IMG/VR virus record: IMGVR_UViG_3300017730_000010
Location: 1-55,721 of that record
DNA: 55,721 nt
Direction: 5' to 3' (one strand)
From: a virus
Taxonomy: Duplodnaviria; Caudoviricetes
Below the pieces are notes generated by a model, which made no database searches, had not been told where the DNA came from, and was given only the letters and a program-made list of their open reading frames with translations. Within the stretch, counting starts at the first letter, position 1; each line of letters starts with the position of its first letter. The translations under genes were made by a program, and so were the position numbers. Positions 39,101 through 45,743 of the stretch are shown piece by piece.

Positions 39101-40556
39101 AAAATTGCTTACAAGCTCCCGAGAGGTTTCTATTCTGGATTCCGATAAACAAGCGACAACACCAGCTGCGAAAACACCAGCTGCGACAACACCAGCTGCG
39201 ACAACACCAGCTGCAACAAAAAATGATGCAGGCGCTGCTCCTCCGCGGGCTCTCGATTTCAATACCCCTATTCAAAGGTTTCTTCAAGATCCTAATGTAT
39301 GGAGTGGTGCCGCAGACGCGTTTATAAGAAAGTTGATGACGAGTGGGAAGCTTGAGCAGTTCAAAAAGGAGAGAAGCTCTGATCCAGAAACACAAGAAAA
39401 ACACTTTAAGGAATTAATGTCAAATTTAGTTGGTCATTATAAGCTAGAAAATGAGCTTGCAAACCGAATAATTAATGAGCTTAAAGCAAGGAATTCGCCG
39501 AAGCCGAGAAAAGCCACTCCAATAGCTTTTAATCCTTCCTCGCAGGGATTTAGCGACGCTAATAATAGCATTGATCGGGCTGGTAATCAATTAAGCATCG
39601 AAGCAAAAAAATTAGAAAACACTACGAGCCCAGGTCAATGGACAAGAAACTCTCCCTCGGCTGCTGAAATAATTAGCAGCTCTGGTGGTAATTTAAATGC
39701 GGCGAGCAAGCGTATACATCAGGCGACTGAAGGCTTTATATCTTCGTCGATGGATGTGACTTCGAGTTTGGGTGGTAGGTCTGCGCTTGATGATGCCGCG
39801 AAATCATACGGCGTAGGGGGAGGTACAAGTCGTCACGAATTTAGAGGCGGGTATGGCGCAATGAGGGGGATTGCAGATATGCAGAAAGATTACAACGGAG
39901 GGGGAGGTACAAGTAGTCACGAATTTAGAGGCCGTAGGTCTGCGCTTGAAGATGCCGCGAATTCATACGGCGGAGGGGGAGGTACAAGTAGTCACGAATT
40001 TAGAGGCGGGTATGGCGCAATGAGGGGGATTGCAGATATGCAGAAAGATTACAACGGAGGGGGAGGTAATAGTAACCCTTTTGCAAAGCCTAATTGGGCA
40101 AATACCCCTAATCAAAACATTCCAAATCAAAACGCTCCAAATCCTTTTCCAAGGCCCATACCTAAAGATGCGCCACCACAAGGAGGTATAGAGGGTGGTG
40201 TATCTGAATTAGTTCCAGTGGCCAAAGAAATTGTTTCAGCAATAAAAGATCAAGGAGAATTGTTACCAGCAGAAGCTTTTCAAAATTTTTCGTCAACGAT
40301 ACAATCAATAGGTGAATTGTCTGAGACTATAACAACAATACCAACATTAATTTCGGAATCTGTTGGAGAGTTGATTATGACACATGCTATAACTGGAAAT
40401 ATGACATTTGAATTTAATAATGAACTTATAGAAGGTATGCTAACTCCAGTAGTTAAAAAAGCTATAATGCAAGAGTTGGCTAGACCTATGGTTCTCGACT
40501 TTTTAGCTAGGGGGCTTAGTGGATATATAAAAGATATTGGTGGCGGCACAAATTAA
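27159..40556 (+). CDS. giant tail tape measure protein (4465 aa) with internal motif-delimited modules
   Basis: N-terminal TP901-type tape measure core (ELARQGL, A.SSADLAEA.SRAG, GSVIGNGFKSIFTR); position. Confidence 0.9.
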   Translation: MNPIVNIPTGASGYRQSIVSQAQAAQRTVNNMQMSPRLNPNGFVQPLGKITNAASEFQKSMDASAARVFAFGAAVGVINGISDAFKTLVTSAVEVEKSLKDIQVVMEATDSAMQKFGDGLFDVARNTATSFDLVAASATELARQGLSAEETLARVNSALILSRLSGLDTVKSTETLTAAINSFNKEGITHEQIVNRMANVDAAFAVSSADLAEAISRAGAVAQSSGVSFNQLSAIVTAVQQRTARGGSVIGNGFKSIFTRIKRSGVREALEEIGVTTKEMDGSFRSSIDIIKDYAKVYQTLTDTQKAYTSEQIAGVFQIQNLQALIQDLNSGYSVFNKALSVANNTTDQATQRNKALNETLDAIFKSTTLSVKELSASLGSLAFEDSFKSILKFVGNLADSLNGLFDEETGSSLAKNLVKGIGAWITGPGAVLLGAAFFKIFSLVGKFAKDAFKDLLGINMEAKRQQSLQAAIGSILMKNESIYKQILAASGNSARQEQIILNIVKQETAERVKQEALIKRIASSSALVGVGAGDTGFVPMGKRASRKRGKQTLGLAGGYLPSINKEHHSISKGVGGARRGDRPVVLKNHSMGGGKKQTVVAHTGEWRVPNFGGSGGDAIFNRSMVKKFGLPSGAKKITAADGLIPNFAKGTQKVTATAAQLGWKEVVGRGRPNEIGKRSDRIDSFTGRIKLERLNKTSSQIGTMANQTLSGKGSVKSRSLPFFIPKGDKYILNPQYKDANDAIKQKLTNQFGKKALASGTGLNLKNQIQTLSAGFDKRKSAIKFKSLNTLLKGLHGEKLAISHLKNKGVKAEAIESSGFFDLKTSRRKFEVKSGKKINNFEILKKAASEFLMSSGGDKESGYPFKNKIAERIDVSRKAGLGRFINLVLPKGSPSENVFDKKGQPVIQAPRSAASGFIPNFARRFTDVKSWGGARSKKLKDTGSYLEYEGDHISHIASQKKGDANLLFDKFMKQKGTVTSGGLTQNRSFKENSKSNFEDLMYAFPQLQYRLKKGLQTTGRYVGADGDTFRFQSLIGLKEQINKKYRRGEFRDMLGNKSGPPGMGSMDIQDLVTSRVSGAGDNIYKNYAEGLVPNFAAGVLTSKGFFTPQKIRRLRDGEFSKTESGDRIYLSQFSKQDQDKITGFDAQFSNKNVAKAAAASKAKKGAMPTIDASRQATMLVATNNLRKKVDSTYKHKGTDFRLKYRVEGLKPSRLKGSEAKLRERMQTSMLRESSSFAKQLSGAGSFGANTPSVTQLSNAGAPGAAAGTVFESALKAVGKNKLFTKNNAGFDIGGYPDGSLQNLFGYYTPFADAKIGLTPDTKRDFHGKLMGLPTSGAAINAANKKKQGQMAMTTRAKYGAPSFASGFIPNLAKFKPKDFGLSDDRANQLQSYVDKRKSEGRPFKFENLLGGSKIKAQGRINLVTKELGKDKKITATRLKKEEIQKSKDFATKRAQAGINTLRSVSGAGGAFAVTKANANSTAITGLEARVSRLESLQARSNVNNFAGGFVPNFAAPELPFNSDTIIRKAVTQNVGGINSDGFTMAKDGTLMFNDRDFNPGNKKHLNSLMNNKKFKSHIHDQINNELRSIQKYNTGLAGMGRSFAEKTGLAIINPNLAVDQSKIVQRDYLRDMANNVEGASVQTTRFKTGAGDAIKKDIHYGGMYKHDPRDRSRVIFNPSALDQLFTKKNYGQSNIDVPTFIEVERRRRQAASQGGKNKRMSLSPKRTMQTATDLITGGFNFGGRLITGGINALGNIKKAGRDRIGKRVQYVRDLKQRFNLSEMTEGGRKRFSAIKESARSKARNLGGTLKGGLEKLKPSLGGVTSNPYETAYENEERLARENPVAQAEEAFLEKENERFNKRNNFARRFKIGKYKFKKRLRGRMTKVSDRLNSFGTGASDFIDRKKTKVSGMLKGFGPGVTGLIDKGGTLFSNMLKGLGSGTSGLVNKGKDKISSIIDAAGSQVNEKRFNPSDLTKKSVSALWKRITGGIKLGFINPDTLKILSAFRGLGSPEISALKIKEGITKKGQIIRRNASEKWKFLQENIGKALGVGGEKLNQALKAGKLRTQNFFTAAGEFKPNLGGEKIKELAKALGVRVQDLRKKIKDARDSRRQSAQKKDPFLKPGAITERYNKTRTAIGDLFNRGVALKNRAVEGGINLGKRGLEKASNLSKMGLAGVQSGGRAGVKFAKGRGGIAVGGATAIAGLGYALSGMFESDGSSSQKRSNAELKQLTKYDFQNAKQKSLTKNGSVVTYSVGPNGTILKVSTDKSGKVKTEKLTQKNPEFHTAAKSMGVTTDKGGLLDNTERRNGRIFVNGSEMSNAEFNQLRKEELYGPDFEVMGIGAGGLGIGAGLGLVGALALVANKQHKERVSKEIDAIEKSTMTDEQKSLKKRIALLDPVDRNSFEKYKNNLKLELTEKRKQLNVAKSDPNVKNALNFQKSGAAGPSLPIPDDVKNLIDDIALLDDSSKNPEKSFLADDGGAKIERRSRAEAVLKKRKEKRINRGNPSALRRFGRRMPLIGSRFSDGFIPNFNRLAVAAQQRRTQQSYLSKKDIKILESKRDDILSMGVNIGTRPITSTNMPFGKRLSGAELDQLSANLRSMNIDKGLIGRVINSHKMTPSEINRAKLQDFIYKNKQARDVGGKLANVKAYKPMNEERYDPFRTSRQNKTASGGLIPNFAPRWRRQKKLNKPRKPGEGKILKDKEKEMQLLADSYARGEISTRKMRELKEKIDPFGVLDDVIQGLFSDGYIPNFSNPLTDAIARESSALSDRGVSLGAIRVEQSNSLKNSRNPSGLAVTNTFDEPAGVQQGINRSRSMGINPKSHGAATGFVPSFAAGIGANLLKTLMNVRNMKGIKQTLDVLGKPVKGVRDLEMGPLKKGFFNSEQMNAGMMASFPLMMLTEQMRASQAEGGGNVYTDIGTEAMMGASFGAMGGVKGAAIGAIGGGIYGATKGFSGERETAKAFADALKRQLDVVGKAAGNITGLQKYAEALSELNQATEEQDIGAMVEAQEDLSNAMISVKDVHLHSTMMDITNSTASFTEKIRLLKREMEDQIKVKDVGEAAAEMTGDAQTQLKKDEDYINTVEGISGADQDKMQAQMAKMLNFTIPKFDREGEISKVAKEKNVSEKEVREDFDLMSGITKKEMTERRDFLVGFSDVLTQAMQKELPSIMNSTDYDTITVEKFAKENLGGEDNIGNLADQRMLNVFSSMFNATGDSNLEAKGIQEAMENYLEKEGVLTRNSNGEIDRSRAGVGSLMDGLAAFNLDSSDGPVTGENAEDGIVQGKEVQRLVAVSRALTSEVDSINSSLKSFDGLTESGNKLIEANKSAEQQVVDLLKSTRNLELKFKTFAEDVKFQFDMASTELKSQQQNLLQSNSLLQQIGGISVPESQRRDSLINQQAIKTQSRLTGASQIFDLIEGMFDAGSINRLGIEDIEKSNDTGDKKDNSGFKKRAADKLQREDDMVAAHITRGLAGMAGSMVKGDTTLNQGMKQLEAAMKGTMAETYQSKQFLSRSQSILKRNQSLQEQQLKELRRQTDLAKVQTAAAKVEAIGGRIISPQEVAQFGDGVTKGAGKKIELGLSDPNSTPLDAQRLSSSRAQQLGAQIQAEDFISNLTGVDLSTLTGRSELDNKELRTLINLSNLDDPMPGVNREDQQKLVDEIAKQAKANFDILRKFEAEQKEKFEGGNEDALYDLLSEEQRISANTLRMAETLDEIIKNGIAVQFDPEALKSLMDPSDNENDVLNSEDNKKIQKLQKKKQKLEEQKATEQSNLEENQSEAEKYQKKGKAMYDQVASGGMDQPTTVQNKAVMLGAERYKDKQEKGELGKDFNMGDFKRVVLGALNDLSPSTPKANDQFVNANLGSADSAMGSLGLFGQGNIYTQRQRAQDEPGEGESIQLDDEMLKEFAKQSKGMQLEATATGINTADRTTKSSLEQVEKAEGKLKTIQENLNAIDKKLKELGVGTSDASSASETTQQDFEKLLTSSREVSILDSDKQATTPAAKTPAATTPAATTPAATKNDAGAAPPRALDFNTPIQRFLQDPNVWSGAADAFIRKLMTSGKLEQFKKERSSDPETQEKHFKELMSNLVGHYKLENELANRIINELKARNSPKPRKATPIAFNPSSQGFSDANNSIDRAGNQLSIEAKKLENTTSPGQWTRNSPSAAEIISSSGGNLNAASKRIHQATEGFISSSMDVTSSLGGRSALDDAAKSYGVGGGTSRHEFRGGYGAMRGIADMQKDYNGGGGTSSHEFRGRRSALEDAANSYGGGGGTSSHEFRGGYGAMRGIADMQKDYNGGGGNSNPFAKPNWANTPNQNIPNQNAPNPFPRPIPKDAPPQGGIEGGVSELVPVAKEIVSAIKDQGELLPAEAFQNFSSTIQSIGELSETITTIPTLISESVGELIMTHAITGNMTFEFNNELIEGMLTPVVKKAIMQELARPMVLDFLARGLSGYIKDIGGGTN
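39153..39219 (+). repeat. 15-bp tandem repeat x4 (ATTPA)
   Basis: GCGACAACACCAGCT units. Confidence 0.9.
39775..40068 (+). repeat. 159-bp tandem duplication with internal sub-repeat
   Basis: copies start at 39775 and 39934; GGGGGAGGTACAAGTmGTCACGAATTTAGAGGC occurs 3 times. Confidence 0.9.
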
Positions 40557-40583
40557 TATGAATTATAATAATACTATTATACA

Positions 40584-43500
40584 ATGGATTTAATTTTTAG
40601 TAATGTTGAAACTCTTGGCATATCACAAGAGGTAGAAAAATTTGATAGTGATTTTAACTTTAGTAGGATCAAGACTATTAACGTATCGGGATTATTTTTA
40701 GATTTACAAAATACAGAGGGAGTAAAAAATATAACTGAAGCTTCTGAGTTATTTATAAAATCAACAAAAACAAATCTAGGTGCGGTATTAATAAATGGAG
40801 TTAATTATGGGGACGGTTTTGTTTCTACTTTTGATTTAGAGGGAGAACAAATAAGAACAGCCAATTACTCTGCTGAAATCATAATAAGAGAAAGCGAAAG
40901 CTTATCTGATATAGCCTTAAGGCAAAATGAAGGGGCAGATTATAATCTCTCAACAAATACGAGCGGAATAGTAGATGAGGATTTAAAATTTTTAACATCT
41001 TTTTCTGAAAGTTTTGATTTTTCTGTTAGTGAAGAAAACAATTTCTCTCTTTCTCATGATGTAGCATGCTCGTTCGGTTATAGAGAATCAATAATAACAA
41101 ACAATAATACAGATTGGACTGGATCAATATCTGGAGGAAGATCAACTAATTTAGGAAATAGAGGTAAGGGGTCTATAAGAATAAATGGCGGGCTTGAAGC
41201 TTATTTGTCAGCGGGTCAATTACAATCTGGAGTAACATATATTGTAGAGTTTGAATATCTTGGGCAATATATAAATAAAAACTCATGGACTGATGTAAGT
41301 TTGTACGCTTTAACAAATGTAAATAATAAAAATAATAATATAGCTGTTAAAACTATAAATTCAAGAGGTATTCATAAATTAGAGTTTACTCCAGATGTTA
41401 CTGGGGAAGTCTTCCTTCTTTTAGAAACCCTAACAAACGCAGCTTCTTTCGACAACGTTAGATTATACAAAAAAAATGAAATGCCTCTGGAGAAATCAAA
41501 AGCTCTTTCTGAGTTATTATTTAACATATCCCCTTATTACGCAGTATTAGAATCTAATGTTCAAAATAAACAAACTGATATTAATTTATTTGATAATTTT
41601 ACAATTAATCAATCTTTTGATGACATTAATTTAGAGTTTTCGGCTTCAAAAAATATAGATTATGCTAGCGTAAAAGTTAGTGGTCAGAAGAAATATTCAG
41701 TCCAAACGAGAACTTCTAAATCTTTTCAGGAAAGCGGTATAGTTAGCATAACTGAAAATATAGAAATAAAAGCTTTAAAAAATAAAACGGAATCAGCATT
41801 AAGAGAATATATAAACTCTGAAAAAAGTTTAGTTAAAAATAGAATTGAGCAAAGTTTTTCAAATTATGAAAGCTTTATAGATTACGATTGCCCAATACCA
41901 ACTAACACTAAATCGCCAGTCAGTTTTTCCGAGTTTTCTACAAGCCCTATTACTCAAGGTGAAAATATAGATTTAAATTCTGGCACAGCTAGCTTAACTA
42001 TAGTTTATAGCAATGATCCAACTTTTAACGCAAATTATTTTAATGAAAATAGCACCTCAATAAGTGAATCAGAGGGTAATAATTTAATAACGATATCTGG
42101 AACAGTTGTAGGTATAGGGGATAGTGCGGAACAAAGATTTAATAATGCTAGATCTTTCCCAATGTCTTTTACGTCGGAAATAAATAAAGCTAAACAAAAT
42201 AACTCTTTAACTGGAACTTTTAATCTGTACTCAAGGTCAATTCAATCGAATAAAAAAGAAGGATCAATACAGTATAACTGGCAATATTCTGATTCAGATT
42301 CTTTAGAAAAAGAGTCTCAGGGTTTAGTAAAATCATACGACATTCAAGTATCTACAAAAGAAAGCGGGCTACTTTATAACGAATTTTCTTTAGGTTGTTC
42401 TACAATAGCTCAAGTTTTTAGAGACTTAAGAACTCCAGAAGAGTTGAAAGTAGAGATATCAATGGAAGGATTTTTTAATGCCACTGTAAAACAATTATAT
42501 GACGAAGCTAAAGTAATATTATTAAATAAAAATTTATTATTTGGAGAAGATTCAAGACAGGCTAAGAATTGGTCTGGCTGGGATAGTGTAGATGAATTTT
42601 TAACTTCTGAGAGCTTTTCTTTTTCCGAGGAAAATAAAACTTTAGATTATAATAGAACTTCAATTAAAATAACCTGCCCGCCAACATTAACGCCTGGTTT
42701 GCCATCAGAATACGGATATAATGAGTATAGCTTAATTACACCCACTCCAGATCCAACTCCTACGCCTATATACTTTGATATAAGTGCAATACCTGCAACA
42801 TTAACTTTTAGTGAAGAAAGTGTGCCAACAATCACCCCTTACGTAGATTATGTTTTTACGCCAATTCCAATTACTGATATATCAACAGATAATCCATTGG
42901 GCACACCGACTCCAGTACAAAATCCTACGCCAACGCCAACAGCGACAGTAACTTCTACACCACTTCAAATATTAAGAAGGATAACTAAACGGGTTCCAGA
43001 AGATTGGAATGACACAATAGCAAATCTACTTCCTGGAGCTGATTTTGTTTTTGGCAATAAATGCGTAGATGATGGAAAGTTAACAGGCGCAATAGACTTT
43101 GCGGAAAGAAATTGTGGAGGTAATATAGAGGCTGTGCCATATGGTCCACATGTAAATAATTTGTCAAGCAGTTATTTAAGTAGTGTTCAGGTGGTTGGGT
43201 GCAATAGCTCTATAAATTCAACTTATAGGTATTTTGATATGACGTTTGAAGCTCCAGAAAGTTTTACCTTGCCAAACCCAAGCCAAGGGTTTTCGTTTCA
43301 AAACAAACAGGTAATTAGACAAGATTTAAATAAAGAGTACATTTATTCAATAGAAGTTGAGAGTGGGTGTCCTATATATAAAAACGCTCCGTTTGAAGAA
43401 GATTTATATGCATGTACTGGAAATTTAAGTGGCTACACGAAAGTTTCTCTACCTATGTTTTATGGAAGTATTTACGATGAGTTTTTCTTGGGTAATGCTC

Positions 43501-44123
43501 CTTATGCACAAGAATCCGAAACGCTAAGAAACGCTTGGTCAACTTTGAGTTCAGACGGTAAATATACGCCAAATCAAAATGTTGAATTAATCGCTTATCA
43601 ACTGCCAAACGGAACCTATAAATATATTCAGTCTGATGAGCTAGATAAGCCATTGATACTTTCAACTGAATTTAACGATTTTCACCCAAATTTTTCAAGG
43701 TCTAATAAAATAGTGACAACAGGAAACTTATTATATAAAAACTGCTCTAATGAAACTTATCAGCCCCATTATGAGGTTCATGAATTTGATGTTCCTTCAG
43801 ATTTTAATTTACCAATAAACTCGCAAAACATTTTTGGTCAAGCTGAATATTATAGACGTGCGCCTGGCACTTCAGGGTTAGGTGGTTACGAATTTTATGG
43901 GCTTGAAAATTGTTCGGGGGATATAGAACATACTGGTTATTCAACTACTTGGAACTTTATGAATGAATTATTTTCAATTACTTATAGAACAGACTATGAA
44001 TATAATACTTTAATAGATGGGTGTAATATAACAACAAATCTTCCACAAATAAATAAAATTTTCTCAAAACAAATGCCACAAAGCTTATTGCATGCAGAGG
44101 CAAAAAGAGATCATTTAGAATAA
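40584..44123 (+). CDS. large tail/tip structural protein with Pro/Thr linker
   Basis: follows tape measure; beta-rich; carbohydrate-binding-like insert ending FDNVRLY; TPTP linker about 42670-42960. Confidence 0.6.
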   Translation: MDLIFSNVETLGISQEVEKFDSDFNFSRIKTINVSGLFLDLQNTEGVKNITEASELFIKSTKTNLGAVLINGVNYGDGFVSTFDLEGEQIRTANYSAEIIIRESESLSDIALRQNEGADYNLSTNTSGIVDEDLKFLTSFSESFDFSVSEENNFSLSHDVACSFGYRESIITNNNTDWTGSISGGRSTNLGNRGKGSIRINGGLEAYLSAGQLQSGVTYIVEFEYLGQYINKNSWTDVSLYALTNVNNKNNNIAVKTINSRGIHKLEFTPDVTGEVFLLLETLTNAASFDNVRLYKKNEMPLEKSKALSELLFNISPYYAVLESNVQNKQTDINLFDNFTINQSFDDINLEFSASKNIDYASVKVSGQKKYSVQTRTSKSFQESGIVSITENIEIKALKNKTESALREYINSEKSLVKNRIEQSFSNYESFIDYDCPIPTNTKSPVSFSEFSTSPITQGENIDLNSGTASLTIVYSNDPTFNANYFNENSTSISESEGNNLITISGTVVGIGDSAEQRFNNARSFPMSFTSEINKAKQNNSLTGTFNLYSRSIQSNKKEGSIQYNWQYSDSDSLEKESQGLVKSYDIQVSTKESGLLYNEFSLGCSTIAQVFRDLRTPEELKVEISMEGFFNATVKQLYDEAKVILLNKNLLFGEDSRQAKNWSGWDSVDEFLTSESFSFSEENKTLDYNRTSIKITCPPTLTPGLPSEYGYNEYSLITPTPDPTPTPIYFDISAIPATLTFSEESVPTITPYVDYVFTPIPITDISTDNPLGTPTPVQNPTPTPTATVTSTPLQILRRITKRVPEDWNDTIANLLPGADFVFGNKCVDDGKLTGAIDFAERNCGGNIEAVPYGPHVNNLSSSYLSSVQVVGCNSSINSTYRYFDMTFEAPESFTLPNPSQGFSFQNKQVIRQDLNKEYIYSIEVESGCPIYKNAPFEEDLYACTGNLSGYTKVSLPMFYGSIYDEFFLGNAPYAQESETLRNAWSTLSSDGKYTPNQNVELIAYQLPNGTYKYIQSDELDKPLILSTEFNDFHPNFSRSNKIVTTGNLLYKNCSNETYQPHYEVHEFDVPSDFNLPINSQNIFGQAEYYRRAPGTSGLGGYEFYGLENCSGDIEHTGYSTTWNFMNELFSITYRTDYEYNTLIDGCNITTNLPQINKIFSKQMPQSLLHAEAKRDHLE

Positions 44124-44132
44124 AAAGACAAA

Positions 44133-45743
44133 ATGAGCGTAGAAATAAAATATAATAATCAAAATGTTTTCGGCAACTTAAATTTACCAGCGCCTCAATT
44201 CTCAAGGTCCGCTAGTGAAATTATATATGGAAAGAAAAGAGGTGTAAAAGAAAGTATATCTTTAGATGGGCAAATTTATATAGAAAATCCACCCACTGAT
44301 TGTGACTACTTTACTCTCTTAACCTCGAAAAGAGATCAGTTGTTAAATATATTTTCTGAAAATTATAAAACTTTATCCATAGAAGAAAATGGTGTAAATA
44401 TTTTGAGAAAAGATTTTTGCGAAATAATAAATATAGATTTCCCAACATCTTCAAATATAAAAATTATAGAATATTCTATACAAATAGAATGTATAGATGA
44501 AGAGTTTCATAACGAATTCTTTGGGGTTGTTGAGCCAAAAAATTCAACAAGTTTTGCTTTATCGGAGGTTGGTCATTATTCTATAACTAGAAGTATATCG
44601 GCAAAAGGAATTAAAACATCTGGATCTACATCTGCGATTCAAAATGCTATAGATTTTGTAGAAAATAATTCAGGAAAAGAATCTGTAGATTTATCGATAA
44701 TTGAAAGTGGTTTAAAATTATATTTAAAATCTAAAACAGAAAATGTAAATAGAATAAAAAATTCTTTTGAAGTAACAGAAGAGTACATAGCTGATAAAAA
44801 TGATAAAAATTTAGATCATGGAATTTTAATCTACACAATAAACTCAAATATAAATGCGGGCCAAGTGCATGAAGTCGATATTGGTGGAAGTTTAGACTTT
44901 GGTATAGATGAAGACTTCAATAAAGCTAGAGATAGGATTAAAGAAATTGACTTTTATTCTATAGCTCAAAAATCTGGAATACAAAATTTAGTTACAAAAC
45001 CAATATCATCTAACATAAATGAAAATGAAAAAACGGGAAAAATAGAATTTTCATTTGTTTACAATAATGACACTACTTTTGATAGCTGTGGAATATCAAA
45101 AGAATATAATTTTTCATTATCAGAAGTTGGAAATAAAATAACAATTTCTGTATCTGGATTAATAAATGCTAGGGGTCCAGTTGGTAAAAGATGGGGTCTA
45201 ATAAAAGATAAATTTTACTCAGAAGAAATAAATAATATATACCAAAAAGCCCAAGATAATGTAAACTTATATTTTAATGGAGTTACATTAAATGAAAATT
45301 ATGAATCTAAAAGTATAATAGAAAAGGAACGAGTAGGGCAAATAAGTTTTGAGTTTGCTTTTTCAAATAAAAATAAAATTGAAAATTTTAAAAGTTTTAA
45401 TTATAATATAAGTATGGAAATGTCTGTCCCAAATGTATCTATAGATATGAATTTTGGCGGAAAACAAGATCACTACACTGTATCAAGGGGAGGGTTTACA
45501 AAAACGGTTTTATCAGTATCAGCAAGCGGAGAATATTTAAATACAACCACAAAAGAACAAGCAAAAGTTTTAATGAAAAATAAAGTAAATCAAGTTTTAA
45601 GTCAGATTGAAGTTGATTTTGGATTAAATTCTGGGATAACTTTAGATGAAAACTCAAGCTTTGCTAAAAATAAAAATTTAATAACGCTTAATAAGAATGT
45701 AGAATTTTTTGACGAAGCTACGTTAATGGGGAAACAAACATGA
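44133..45743 (+). CDS. tail structural protein
   Basis: repeated beta-rich domains resembling the N-half of the previous gene. Confidence 0.55.
   Translation: MSVEIKYNNQNVFGNLNLPAPQFSRSASEIIYGKKRGVKESISLDGQIYIENPPTDCDYFTLLTSKRDQLLNIFSENYKTLSIEENGVNILRKDFCEIINIDFPTSSNIKIIEYSIQIECIDEEFHNEFFGVVEPKNSTSFALSEVGHYSITRSISAKGIKTSGSTSAIQNAIDFVENNSGKESVDLSIIESGLKLYLKSKTENVNRIKNSFEVTEEYIADKNDKNLDHGILIYTINSNINAGQVHEVDIGGSLDFGIDEDFNKARDRIKEIDFYSIAQKSGIQNLVTKPISSNINENEKTGKIEFSFVYNNDTTFDSCGISKEYNFSLSEVGNKITISVSGLINARGPVGKRWGLIKDKFYSEEINNIYQKAQDNVNLYFNGVTLNENYESKSIIEKERVGQISFEFAFSNKNKIENFKSFNYNISMEMSVPNVSIDMNFGGKQDHYTVSRGGFTKTVLSVSASGEYLNTTTKEQAKVLMKNKVNQVLSQIEVDFGLNSGITLDENSSFAKNKNLITLNKNVEFFDEATLMGKQT

Noticed and set aside
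39775-40068. DGR template/variable repeat pair
   Set aside because: Tandem and in-frame; differences not confined to adenines of one copy; no reverse transcriptase in the window.
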